DNA from: Nemertoderma westbladi
Taxonomy: Eukaryota; Animalia; Xenacoelomorpha
Reading direction: 5' to 3'
Length of the DNA stretch: 44,800 bases
NCBI GenBank assembly: GCA_032718475.1
Contig: JAUCBJ010003566.1
Coordinates: 1 to 44,800 of the forward strand
In this document: positions 1 to 11,460 of the stretch, in pieces
Position numbering within the stretch: the stretch's first letter is position 1
Layout of the letters: the number at the start of each line of letters is the position of its first letter
Translations under genes and position numbers: made by a program
The notes under the pieces: generated by a model
Database searches by the model: none
Told to the model about the DNA's origin: nothing
Seen by the model: only the letters and a program-made list of their open reading frames with translations

Positions 1-1271
1 ATGCCTGGGTAAAACTTTCATCGCTAACCAATGCTGCCGATTTATCGGCCACTTTACTTTTACAAACACTAGCAAAGTGGTTTCTCTTTTTACAACGGTT
101 GCAAGTTTTACCTTGGGCAGGGCAGGTTTGACCCGGCCGGTGGCTTTCGTAGCCGCATTTGGTACATTTAGGTAAACTCGAATCGCGAGATCGATATTTG
201 TATCTATCCGAGCTTTTTCGACTGGAGGATCGGTATCTTCCCCGTGGATATTGGTTTTTCCCGGTTCCGGACGTTGCCCCTACCGACAGGTGCGGAGGGC
301 CGGACCTCGACCTCGACATGCGTTTTGCGTGCGCTCGCGCTGCCTCCTCGCTACAAACAAACTTTACAGTTTCCTTATGAGTGAGACCCGGTGACTTCGC
401 CAAAAGATCCTGGCGGATTTCCTCGTCGGAAATCCCGACTGTTATTAACGTCGACATCCAGGCATCTTCGTCCATATCGCGCAACCCTGCGGTTTCTGCC
501 ATTTCGCTTAATCTCGTATAGAAATTGTCGAACGACTCTGATTCCTGCTGTTTACAGGTCGTCAGTTCCCACCGGTCCAGCGCGACGTTTTGTTTTTCCT
601 TTAAATATCCCTCGAGTTTATCGAGAACTTCTTCTAGAGTCATAGTGGTATTCTGAGGGATTTCCACAGCGTATTGCAATTTTGAAAGGAAACTGGGGCT
701 GCAATACCCGAAGAAGGCAGATATTTGTTCGTCCCGTGGTTGTAAATGTAATTTAATAGTCTTAGCATAGTTACCCCACGAAATTCTCCATCTGTTGAAC
801 CTTTTTAAATCCACCTCCTCGTCAAGGGCGGGGGGGGCGGTTTACCGGTGCACGTGGGGCGTTGTCTTGCTTCTGGGTTGTTGTTCCCTGAATATGTGAC
901 GTGGACTGTAGCGGATCAGAGCCAGGCGACTGAATCTGAGAAAAATTGGCAGTAACTTGTTTCATAATAACTGCGATATCGTGGCGGTAACGGATCATCT
1001 CCATCGAGATATCGTCGAATTGGGTTTCTTCCGTCCCGCAGTCTGCCTCGGATTGCTGGAGAAGTTCTAACGATTCCCCGAGTTTATCGTATGTGTTCTC
1101 CAACTTATATTTCAATCGCTGAACATCTTCCATTAAAGATTGAGGACGTTCATCAGGATGCAGCTGCGTTAATTGGTCTAACGCAGCTTCCAACTGATTT
1201 TTTACCCTCGTATAATTCGATTTAAACCCGGAATGGCTTTTTTTCGAATGTGCGACGGTTTTCGCTTCCAT
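1..1271 (-). pseudogene. gag: Ty3/Gypsy LTR retrotransposon gag with two frameshifts (Mag-like, two CCHC knuckles); element continues off the left edge
   Basis: ORF 1271-822 continues after a frameshift at the G-run near 830 into PPALDEEVDLKRFNRWRISW...LDKLEGYL...KQQESESFDNFYTRLSEMA...GISDEEIRQDLL (capsid-like). After a second shift near 355 it reads CTKCGYESHRPGQTCPAQGKTCNRCKKRNHFASVC (about 166-62), two zinc knuckles typical of Gypsy gag. Confidence 0.88.
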
Positions 1272-1453
1272 TGTAAGATAGTAGTACCTACTGCTGTACA
1301 GTAGTACCGGTACGTGTAGTATGCCTACCGTACCTGCGTAGTGTACTTTTCCGGAAGGCAGGCGGTCCGTAGGCTCTCCGCTCCTTCAGTCCCGTCCTTT
1401 TTAGCTTCAGCAGTCCGTGTACAGTGCGGTTTCTTTGAATGCGTATATTAATA

Positions 1454-1465
1454 CACACTGCGCCA
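1454..1465 (-). promoter_or_regulatory. Primer-binding site of the Gypsy element (possibly tRNA-Ser)
   Basis: Minus strand reads ...CACAACA|TGGCGCAGTGTG, with TGG immediately after the LTR-terminal CA and upstream of gag. The tRNA identity is inferred from TGGCGCAG only. Confidence 0.7.
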
Positions 1466-1687
1466 TGTTGTGTTATCCCCCGAGCGTGGGAAATACATCA
1501 GGTTAGTTACATCAGATATATTCATTAGTCTATTGTCACAATACACAATAATCTATAATATACCGACACCATGCACGATACTGCAGTACCTGCATACCAA
1601 CAATAGGTTCACTGCCTGACTCATATATATAGCACCACCGGTATCCTACCTACAGTAGAATATCCTAGAGCACTCTACATTGTTACA
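1466..1687 (-). mobile_element. 5' LTR of the Gypsy element (about 214-222 bp)
   Basis: On the minus strand it begins TGT (at 1679 or 1687, ambiguous), ends ACA at 1466 next to the PBS, and has a TATA-like TATATATA at about 1624-1631. The partner LTR is outside the window. Confidence 0.65.
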
Positions 1688-1721
1688 GTATATTTTTATA
1701 TTCCACCACCAACTAGCTACT

Positions 1722-1923
1722 AATTTTGTTATGGGGGTTTTAATGCTTGGTGATTTCATTTCCGATATCAGTTTTCATGTATTACGTCATCAACATTGTC
1801 TGTTAAGCTGTCGGTCATATTTTGGCGGACAGACCGACATCAATTGAGACAGAATGACGCAGTAAAATCAGAAAACTGACTTCAGAAGTGAAATCAACGA
1901 CCCGGAAAACCCATGCAAAAATT
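1722..1923. repeat. Degenerate palindromic (MITE-like) element
   Basis: Left arm ...tgatttcatttccgatatcagttttc... pairs imperfectly with right arm ...gaaaactgacttcagaagtgaaatca... Confidence 0.45.
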
Positions 1924-2522
1924 GTTCAGCTGAGTTGTGCGCATTCTAACAGTTGAATTAATTAAATTACCCTAACGATAAACTTTAAATGCATTTTCTG
2001 AAGAATGCAAATTTTAAAATTCAAAATCAAAGCTTTTCCAAAAATGAACGAATTTGCATGAAATTTGGCTTATCAAAAAAAATTATTGCATAAATTATGT
2101 TAATTAGTTAATTAATTTCAAATTTTTTTTCCACCTATGACCTATGCATTATACAAGTGTGTAAAACATTAATTAATTTGGATAAAATCCAGTCTTAAGG
2201 GGATGAACATTTTTAGTTAATTAGTGAACCCCCCCCCCCCCCCACCCCCAAATGGACTCTATTTTTATGGCTAATCGCCGACACTATTGGACACTCTTTA
2301 GGGTGTACACTACACTCTGACCACAACTGACAAGCAAATCATTATTAATCATAATTAATTAAAATTAATAAAGTTAATTATCAATTAATTTTGGGAAGGG
2401 AACATGTGTTCCGTGAAGCTCTTAACTCCAATTAAATAATAATTTTCACGAGAAATACATGTCACGGGTTTCTCCATAAAATCTGCTCCACCCAAGGTCA
2501 CCAAATAACATAATAATGTATA

Positions 2523-3507
2523 ACTAAATAACAGGTCATGCAGCGAGCGGATTGCTGAAATTTCCCTATTTATGACACTATTTTCATAATATTTTCTTAG
2601 AAACCTCTTTTATGCTACTTTGGTTAGGCGGATATGATGACTAGGGTTCATAGAAATGTAATAAAATGTCTTTCTGGAATTTTTATATTGTTGTTGTCAT
2701 GGTAACCGGGTACAAATTCAAACTTTGCGTGTCTGTAATTCAAGACGATGGGGGATTCTGTTCTTTAGATTTGGCAGGTGAGTATAGGAAATAAAAGTCA
2801 TCAAAATATTTGAAAGGTACACTTTTTTCAATCCCGTTTCCATGGTAATGAGTGTAACGATAATTTCACATTATGACCGCCAGGTAGAAATTGGGCTAAT
2901 ATTTTCTATTTATATCATTTGTAACTGACGTCCCTGGGACCTGTCCTTTTTTTCTAATAATTGCAAACCAAAATTTAATATTCTGGAATCTTAAAATCAT
3001 AATATCCACAGTTCTTGCTCTCTGATTGGACAGTTTTGTTTATTGGCACTTTATGACCTTTGCAATTAAGATTCACAATTGACGATTGATAAAATATTAT
3101 AATGTTGGTATTTTTAACTTAAAAATGGTGTTTTATAGAATTGGTTGACAATTATTCAAATTTTTCATTATACATATTACCATGGCAACGGGATTGAAAA
3201 AATATTATTTAAATGTAGAAAACTTTGATAAACCCTCACTCCCATTACTCGCCTACCAAATCTCAAGAACAGAATCCCTCGTCGTCTTGAATTACAGACG
3301 GGCAAAGTTTGAATTTGTACCCGGTTACCATGACAACAACAATATAAAAATTCCAGAAAGACCTTTTAATACATTTCTATGAACCCTAGTCATCATATCC
3401 ACCTAATAAATGTTGCATAAAATAAGTTCCTTCTGAAAATTAATGAAAATAGAGCCATAAATAGGAAAATTTCAGCAATCCGCTCGCTGCATGACCTGTT
3501 ATTTAGT
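2523..3507. mobile_element. Non-autonomous foldback element/MITE with about 340-bp inverted arms
   Basis: actaaataacaggtcatgcagcgagcggattgctgaaattt (2523 onward) is the reverse complement of aaatttcagcaatccgctcgctgcatgacctgttatttagt (ending 3507). Similarity continues inward to about 2860/3170. No clean TSD and no coding capacity. Confidence 0.88.
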
Positions 3508-3977
3508 ACACCTTGGCTCCACCCCAAACCGCTCCACCCTCTAACCGCTGACTTAGTGTCCCGCTTCTGTCTCAGTGTCTGCTCCCACCGCATACACCAT
3601 TATGTCTAATGATGTCCTATACATTTTTTTAAATAATAATAATAATAACATATTACAGTGGAAGGCTATTCTAACCAAAACACTAAACTAAAGTCAATAT
3701 GAGAGGTTACAGTTTCATATTTGTCGGCGTGGCGTTTACAATCCCCACCCAATCACTTACAATAACCTCAGATTATCCATACACTCCCCCCTTTCCTTTA
3801 GAGCAATGACAATGAAACTTTAGAAAACTGATCATAATCATTTTCATAATCCATCTAATTATGGAAATATATAACTTATTATAAATACCGAGTAATCGAG
3901 CTACCGATTTATAGTAGCAAACAATGATCTACTAATAAGCATCTTTACTATATTACCGGTATATACGATAACGAAAC

Positions 3978-6388
3978 CCTCCTTGCGCCCGTGGCCCGCG
4001 TGAAGGTGAGCTTCCAAGCTCCTCCTTGCGCCCGTGGGCCCGCGTGAAGGTGAGCTTCCAAGCTCCTCCTTGCCCGCGTGGCCCGCGTGAAGGTGAGCTT
4101 CCAAGCTCCTCCTTGCGCCCGTGGGCCCGCGTGAAGGTGAGCTTCCAAGCTCCTCCTTGCGCCCGTGGGCCCGCGTGAAGGTGAGCTTCCAAGCTCCTCC
4201 TTGCGCCCGTGGCCCGCGTGAAGGTGAGCTTCCAAGCTCCTCCTTGCACCCGTGGCCCGCGTGAAGGTGAGCTTCCAAGCTCCTCCTTGCGCCCGTGGCC
4301 CGCGTGAAGGTGAGCTTCCAAGCTCCTCCTTGCGCCCGTGGCCCGCGTGAAGGTGAGCTTCCAAGCTCCTCCTTGCGCCCGTGGCCCGCGTGAAGGAGAG
4401 CTTCCAAGCTCCTCCTTGCCCGCGTGGCCCGCGTGAAGGTGAGCTTCCAAGCTCCTCCTTGCGCCCGTGGCCCGCGTGAAGGAGAGCTTCCAAGCTCCTC
4501 CTTGCGCCCGTGGCCCGCGTGAAGGAGAGCTTCCAAGCTCCTCCTTGCCCGCGTGGCCCGCGTGAAGGTGAGCTTCCAAGCTCCTCCTTGCGCCCGTGGC
4601 CCGCGTGAAGGAGAGCTTCCAAGCTCCTCCTTGCGCCCGTGGCCCGCGTGAAGGTGAGCTTCCAAGGTCCTCCTTGCGCCCGTGGCCCGCGTGAAGGTGA
4701 GCTTCCAAGGTCCTCCTTGCGCCCGTGGCCCGCGCGAAGGTGAGCTTCCAAGCTCCACCTTGCGCCCGTGGCCCGCGTGAAGGTGAGCTTCCAAGCTCCT
4801 CCTTGCGCCCGTGGCCCGCGTGAAGGTGAGCTTCCAAGCTCCTCCTTGCGCCCGTGGCCCGCGTGAAGGTGAGCTTCCAAGCTCCTCCTTGCGCCCGTGG
4901 TCCGCGTGAAGGTGAGCTTCCAAGCTCCTCCTTGCGCCCGTGGCCCGCGTGAAGGTGAGCTTCCAAGCTCCTCCTTGCGCCCGTGGCCCGCGTGAAGGTG
5001 AGCTTCCAAGCTCCTCCTTGCGCCCGTGGCCCGCGTGAAGGTGAGCTTCCAAGCTCCTCCTTGCGCCCGTGGTCCGCGTGAAGGTGAGCTTCCACGCTCC
5101 TCCTTGCGCCCGTGGCCCGCGTGAAGGTGAGCTTCCAAGCTCCTCCTTGCGCCCGTGGTCCGCGTGAAGGTGAGCTTCCACGCTCCTCCTTGCGCCCGTG
5201 GCCCGCGTGAAGGTGAGCTTCCAAGCTCCTCCTTGCGCCCGTGGCCCGCGTGAAGGTGAGCTTCCACGCTCCTCCTTGCGCCCGTGGCCCGCGTGAAGGT
5301 GAGCTTCCAAGCTCCTCCTTGCTCCCGTGGCCCGCGTGAAGGTGAGCTTCCAAGCTCCTCCTTGCGCCCGTGGTCCGCGTGAAGGTGAGCTTCCAAGCTC
5401 CTCCTTGCTCCCGTGGCCCGCGTGAAGGTGAGCTTCCAAGGTCCTCCTTGCGCCCGTGGCCCGCGCGAAGGTGAGCTTCCAAGCTCCACCTTGCGCCCGT
5501 GGCCCGCGTGAAGGTGAGCTTCCAAGCTCCTCCTTGCGCCCGTGGCCCGCGTGAAGGTGAGCTTCCAAGCTCCTCCTTGCGCCCGTGGTCCGCGTGAAGG
5601 TGAGCTTCCACGCTCCTCCTTGCGCCCGTGGCCCGCGTGAAGGTGAGCTTCCAAGCTCCTCCTTGCGCCCGTGGCCCGCGTGAAGGTGAGCTTCCACGCT
5701 CCTCCTTGCGCCCGTGGCCCGCGTGAAGGTGAGCTTCCAAGCTCCTCCTTGCGCCCGTGGCCCGCGTGAAGGTGAGCTTCCAAGCTCCTCCTTGCGCCCG
5801 TGGTCCGCGTGAAGGTGAGCTTCCACGCTCCTCCTTGCGCCCGTGGCCCGCGTGAAGGTGAGCTTCCAAGCTCCTCCTTGCGCCCGTGGCCCGCGTGAAG
5901 GTGAGCTTCCAAGCTCCTCCTTGCGCCCGTGGTCCGCGTGAAGGTGAGCTTCCAAGCTCCTCCTTGCGCCCGTGGCCCGCGTGAAGGTGAGCTTCCAAGC
6001 TCCTCCTTGCGCCCGTGGCCCGCGTGAAGGTGAGCTTCCAAGCTCCTCCTTGCGCCCGTGGCCCGCGTGAAGGTGAGCTTCCAAGCTCCTCCTTGCGCCC
6101 GTGGTCCGCGTGAAGGTGAGCTTCCACGCTCCTCCTTGCGCCCGTGGCCCGCGTGAAGGTGAGCTTCCAAGCTCCTCCTTGCGCCCGTGGTCCGCGTGAA
6201 GGTGAGCTTCCACGCTCCTCCTTGCGCCTGTGGCCCGCGTGAAGGTGAGCTTCCAAGCTCCTCCTTGCGCCCGTGGCCCGCGTGAAGGTGAGCTTCCACG
6301 CTCCTCCTTGCGCCCGTGGCCCGCGTGAAGGTGAGCTTCCAAGCTCCTCCTTGCTCCCGTGGCCCGCGTGAAGGTGAGCTTCCAAGCT
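3978..6388. repeat. GC-rich satellite, 43-bp unit, about 56 copies
   Basis: Unit ctcctccttgcgcccgtggcccgcgtgaaggtgagcttccaag; the 43-aa periodicity in all three minus-strand ORFs confirms the unit length. Confidence 0.98.
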
Positions 6389-6694
6389 TCTCTGTAGATT
6401 TCTGTTACCAAACATTTTGCAGGTAAATGGCTCTCAGCTGCGATTCAGCACAGTTGCGTGGCGCACAGCTGCTTGTGGAGCTCGATTCTCTGTAATAGTG
6501 TTGCAACGGGATCCCGATCCAGATGGAAAAATATCGGGATTTGCTCTATCTGAATTTATATGCCCTGCAGCTCAAAATTTGTAAAAATGTTACCAATAAC
6601 AGAAACAACAATTTTTCAGATAGGGGGGGAAACTGGACACACACATAAAAATATCTCTCCAGGGGAAACTGGACGCAAATCCCAGAAATGGTGA

Positions 6695-7161
6695 ATTTGG
6701 GATTTGGATTTTGGTAATAAGGAATTTGGGAATAAGGAATTTGGGATTTGGGAATAAGGTATTTGGGATTAAGGTATTTGGGATTTGGGAATACGGTATT
6801 TGGTATTTGGGAATAAGGTATTTGGGATTTGATTTGGGATTAAGGTATTTGGGATTTGGGAATAAGGTATTTGGGATTTGGGAATAAGGTATTTGGGATT
6901 TGGGAATAAGGTATTTGGGATTTGGGAATAAGGTATTTGGGATTTGGGAATAAGGGATTTGGGATTTGGGAATAAGGGATTTGGGATTTGGGAATAAGGT
7001 ATTTGGGATTTGGGAATAAGGTATTTGGGATTAAGGTATTTGGGATTTGGGAATACGGTATTTGGTATTTGGGAATAAGGTATTTGGGATTTGATTTGGG
7101 ATTAAGGTATTTGGGATTTGGAATTAAGGTATTTGGGATTTGGGAATAAGGAATTTGGGAT
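6695..7161 (+). repeat. Left subterminal telomere-like array (about 22-bp unit GGGAATAAGGTATTTGGGATTT)
   Basis: Directly visible G-rich array built from TTTGGGA and TAAGGTA subunits; reverse complement of 13876-14256. Confidence 0.95.
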
Positions 7162-7718
7162 CTGCCATTATTGGTTCTCTGAAGAAGATAAGCAATGCGA
7201 ATCTCATTACGCCTCTCCTCAACAAGTCAACCCCACCGACTAGCGGCTCTGGCTGTTTCCGCTGACGGGTCTCAGTTGAACAACGCGTCCTTTGGGATCT
7301 GGGATTTGGGATTAACGTTTTTTGTTTATATTTCAACAAACGAACAAAGATTATATAAATGAATACTGTAGAGTTATTGCCCAGGCCAAATGACCTTTAC
7401 ACGACCTATGGTCAAGCATATTGTTCGATCTTCCTTGGACATGTGGTATGTACAGTAATACATATTTGTGCCATTAAACGTTAATCTTCTATGAACCTAA
7501 TATCCTCCTTAGTCAATTGGCAGAGGTAATAATATAATAATATAATAATATATATAATAATATAATATAACGGCAGAAAGTCTGGTATTCTTCACATGGG
7601 CCCTGCAGTTTGCAGTTGAATAATACTAGTAGTAGTGTTTTATTATTAGTTTTTTAAGAGGCGTTTTCGTTAAGATATTCAATTATCTTAATATTTAATT
7701 TTCATACTTTCTTTGGTG

Positions 7719-9023
7719 ATGTTTTGCTGTGGGTTTCGCATGAAGACTATTGAGATTAGAGCAGATTGGTATGGAGAAAGTGGCAAAAAAGAATTTGTTG
7801 GGGTGCGATATAAATGTAGGGGAAATTCTCGACAATTTGTGAAGGGTTGTGGAAGAAATTTAAAGCCTGGATTAACCATAACTGAGTCCACATTTGAGTA
7901 TACTAATTTTGCCAATGATGCAATTGTATTTTGGGTGACAAATGTTAGTGTGTTTTCAAAATCTTTATTGAATCGATTTATAAGAGAATTGCACGTATTT
8001 GGTGCTACATTTGATGCTATTGCGATTAATTACCGAATAGAAACAGGTTGTGAGATAGAAAAACATTTATTATCCCAGGCTTTAGTCATGTATCGAATGC
8101 TGCAGTTCCATGTTATATGTAATTTACCTCCTATATTACAAAAATCATCTGTTATAGAAAATATGACATCGCATCATTTTGACATAGAGACATTTCTGGA
8201 AGGTAGTGGCTATGCTTCACATATTGATGAGTTACTACACAATAATCATTTAAATTGTAATGTTCCGAAATGTTCAGATGTAATTGTCGTTGATGGAAAT
8301 TATAAGCTTTTTCGAGGTATGTGTGGCAGGCCTCTAGATAACGGCGACGTTTGTGATTCTTCTGTAAAATTAGAAGCCGATGGCATGGTTAGGTGCAAAA
8401 TACATGGACCAGTTTCCAAACCTACAAAATCCTCAGAGTGCGATCTTCAACGTACAGATATGGAGTGTTCAAAAGTAGTGCCGAAGTTTTCAGGCCGTAC
8501 ATGTGGTGTTCTATTTGGGGTTAGGTCATGCGGATATGTCGAGTCATTTGCTGAAATGTCAAAAAAGGAAAGTCTGAAACAAGTTGCTGATTTTATAAGC
8601 GTTGACTATAAGGATACCAAATTAATAATTTATGATTATGCATGTGGACTTGATAAGTACGTAACTAGCCGTCGTCCCCATGAATGGTTGTTCATGGTAG
8701 ATAAATTCCATGTAAAAGGCCATAAATCACCAGAGTGTAAACCTGGTGGAGTCAATTACTTTTCTCATTCAAAGTTTCTGGAATACGAGCACATTAATTC
8801 TTCTGCAGCTGAACAATTTAACAAAAAGGCCAATCGTTCGAAGTCTACACTTAACTTTTGTTCGAAAAATATGTTTTACTTTTTCCTGCGATCTTATATA
8901 GTTTTCTATAATACATATGGGTCAATAAGCTTAAAAGTGGCCAATGGTTTGTCCGGAAGTTACGATATAATTTTAAATGCTTTAATTTATTCGTATTTAA
9001 TAAAGTTATATATTATTTTGTAG
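7719..9023 (+). CDS. KDZ (Kyakuja-Dileera-Zisupton)-family transposase with CxC5/CxC6-like cysteine clusters, 434 aa from first ATG
   Basis: Ordered motifs: HLNCNVPKC-VIVVDGNYKLFRGMC (first Asp), GVRSCGYV..FAEM..KES, IIYDYAC (second Asp), VDKFHVKGH..C, INSSAAEQFN (Glu), then an F..FL...I...N helix. N-terminal CC...YG.SG...YKC...C and C..PL...C...RC.IH clusters. Intact, intronless and inside the TIRs. Confidence 0.88.
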   Translation: MFCCGFRMKTIEIRADWYGESGKKEFVGVRYKCRGNSRQFVKGCGRNLKPGLTITESTFEYTNFANDAIVFWVTNVSVFSKSLLNRFIRELHVFGATFDAIAINYRIETGCEIEKHLLSQALVMYRMLQFHVICNLPPILQKSSVIENMTSHHFDIETFLEGSGYASHIDELLHNNHLNCNVPKCSDVIVVDGNYKLFRGMCGRPLDNGDVCDSSVKLEADGMVRCKIHGPVSKPTKSSECDLQRTDMECSKVVPKFSGRTCGVLFGVRSCGYVESFAEMSKKESLKQVADFISVDYKDTKLIIYDYACGLDKYVTSRRPHEWLFMVDKFHVKGHKSPECKPGGVNYFSHSKFLEYEHINSSAAEQFNKKANRSKSTLNFCSKNMFYFFLRSYIVFYNTYGSISLKVANGLSGSYDIILNALIYSYLIKLYIIL

Positions 9024-9903
9024 CTAATTTATTTGCGCAGCTTACGCACTAAAAATGATCAAAATCTGTAAAGGCAGTCAAAAGAAATGCCCCATCAAAG
9101 ACTGAAATATCGTGAAAATCACTTGTCCCTTACATGACAAGACCACAAACAACTGTAAATTGTATCACCCCACGTGGCAAATATATAGGAAACCTATATA
9201 TTGTTGGGGAGCTTAGATGTTTTGCTTTCTTTTCCGATATATTTCAGGCCATAATATTCATGTTGAACCATTTGAGATCGATACATAAAATGGGCATGGA
9301 TTTTTCAATTTTTGTGTCACATCTGTAACATTTACGTCTAGAATCTGAAGTAGTAACTGTAGGTTTTCAGTTTTGATATATTTAGAATCTACAGGGTTTC
9401 TAACATATATAGGCCAAATATCACATACAAAGGACAAGGTCATCTCATTTGGGAAGCATTTATGTTTAACAAAGTCAATATAGAAAGCATAAACGTCCAT
9501 ATCTGTAACGCTACAAATGTGGCCATAGATTTTGATAATATTAATCTCATACAAGTATAATGGTACGTGTGGAAAGGCAATTTTAATTTATGCCGCATCA
9601 ACCCCAAGAGTTAATGTGATAAATAAACACCTATGATGTATGGCGGTGGTAAGCGTTTTTGTCAACCATCTGTAACGCGTCACCGTTACAGTGCAGTGCG
9701 TTACAGATAGGGCATGTCTCATCTGTAACGCATTATATAACCAGTTATCGATGCGTTAAGACTATAGGTTTTCAGTCATATCTATATGACAGTCTATCTG
9801 TAACCTGAAATACAATAAGGCATCACTGACAATATTTGAATGCTTACGCGTTTGAGACGTCATTCGTCTTCCTACTGACATCCTGCTCATGGTAATGTGG
9901 TAG

Positions 9904-10195
9904 TGTAAGATGGGTAAGTGTAAAACGCGGAACCGGATGCAGGATCCGGATCGGTACCCGGATTTTGGGGTTAAAACGCGGATCCGGATTTTCATGAAAT
10001 CCGGAAATGAGTCCAAAATGCGTTTTCAAGATAATTTTCATTGTCAAGTGTTACTGGATCCCGTAAGGGGACTAAAACACGGATTCATGTTTATCTCTAT
10101 CCGGGAAGAGGTGATTGTGGATTCTGGGGAGTAAAGCGCAGATTCACTTCACCTATGAAATTGTATGAATCCAGAGCTTCTGGGTCCGTGGTAAA
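9904..10195. repeat. GC-richer patch of short palindromic ATCCGGAT/GGATCC motifs, probably a nested MITE fragment
   Basis: taaaacgcggaaccggat...ggatccggatc...taaaacgcggatccggattttcatgaaatccgga. No clear TIR or TSD. Confidence 0.4.
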
Positions 10196-11460
10196 TAATT
10201 TAGGAATTAATTGCAAATATATACAATCTCCATCTTATAAATTTTATGTATTAATAAAATGTGCTTTCTGGAAAATTTCGCTTTATTTCGTTTAGAATTG
10301 TAGAAGATACATTTCCTACAAACAGTGTTTTTTTTAACATACAATATATTGTACAGACGGTCCTTTGCCCAATGTTTTGTTTTTCGTTTTTCATGATTAG
10401 GGTCTGCAGACGTACAGTATATAGATAGACTTCAATAAATTTGTATGTCTAATTTCATCTGACATGAAGCAATAAATAAACAAAAGTAAAGAATCCACTG
10501 ACTGTTATCAGTGAGTCTTGTGTAACTTCAATGTAATGTAAGATTATAATTTACTCTAATGATTAAATTCTCTAATGCGTATAAAAGGCCTATATTTTAC
10601 TATCAATTTCTAAATCATTGGCTTAACATCACTTACTTACTTACATGACGGACTTGTGCACTACTTATATTATTGTGATAAGTTTAGTCAGATCCGTTTA
10701 TTGGATGAGTTAATGGGCGTCTCTGAATCAGTTGCAGAGAAACGCCAGGGAGCGGTTAAATAAGTACAGAGAAAAAATGGACCGCGGTTGTTATACAGAG
10801 TATTTTAAACAAGCATAAAAAGCGGCGCGATAGAGAAAATTTAACACGGGATAAAAAAAATCGTGTAAAACAAGATTATCGGTTACACAGAAAAATGTTA
10901 ATGAAAAACTTTTTCTATATTTATTGGAAATCATATGTATTAAGTACATATATAATTTTGTGGATGCGTTGGTTATGGTCAGATATCTCTGTTTGTTACA
11001 GATGTTTGTCCAATAAATTACCTTATTGTCGAAGCAATAAGTTATAAATACTGCAAAATCCATATAACATAATTACCGTTACAGATGGCCGTTACAGACG
11101 TTTGTCCCATAAATGTCATCACTGTAATGCGTTACAGTGGTAGACAAAAACGTTACAGATATGACATTAGTTTTTGCCATATATATCCCTTTGAGCAGCG
11201 CGTCATGCTCTCCCTCTACCATCACAAGATTCGCCATGAAATTAACTTTCGAATGGTGTATGGTATGGCACTAATTTCCGACAAAAATTTTTCGGTCAAT
11301 TTGTACCCCTTTTTGGCCACTTTTAAGCTTATTGACCCATATATATTGCATTAAACTTTGTTTTTCCCTACTAATACTTTTCATAATATTGGTTATTGTC
11401 GGTACATTAAATACAATTCGCATAATACCGGGTACTGTATTATTATATATATTATGGAAG

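Noticed and set aside
3901-6415. Three 780-840 aa minus-strand ORFs
   Set aside because: They arise from a stop-free 43-bp tandem unit that cycles through all frames; not evidence of a protein.
6400-6435. EPFTC as the start of the GATAD2 CR2 GATA finger
   Set aside because: The following residues do not match C..C.TDFT..W and an in-frame stop lies just upstream.
6695-7161. True or interstitial telomere
   Set aside because: Unit is not a canonical animal telomere repeat, polarity is inward, and the array is mirrored within TIRs and a TSD.
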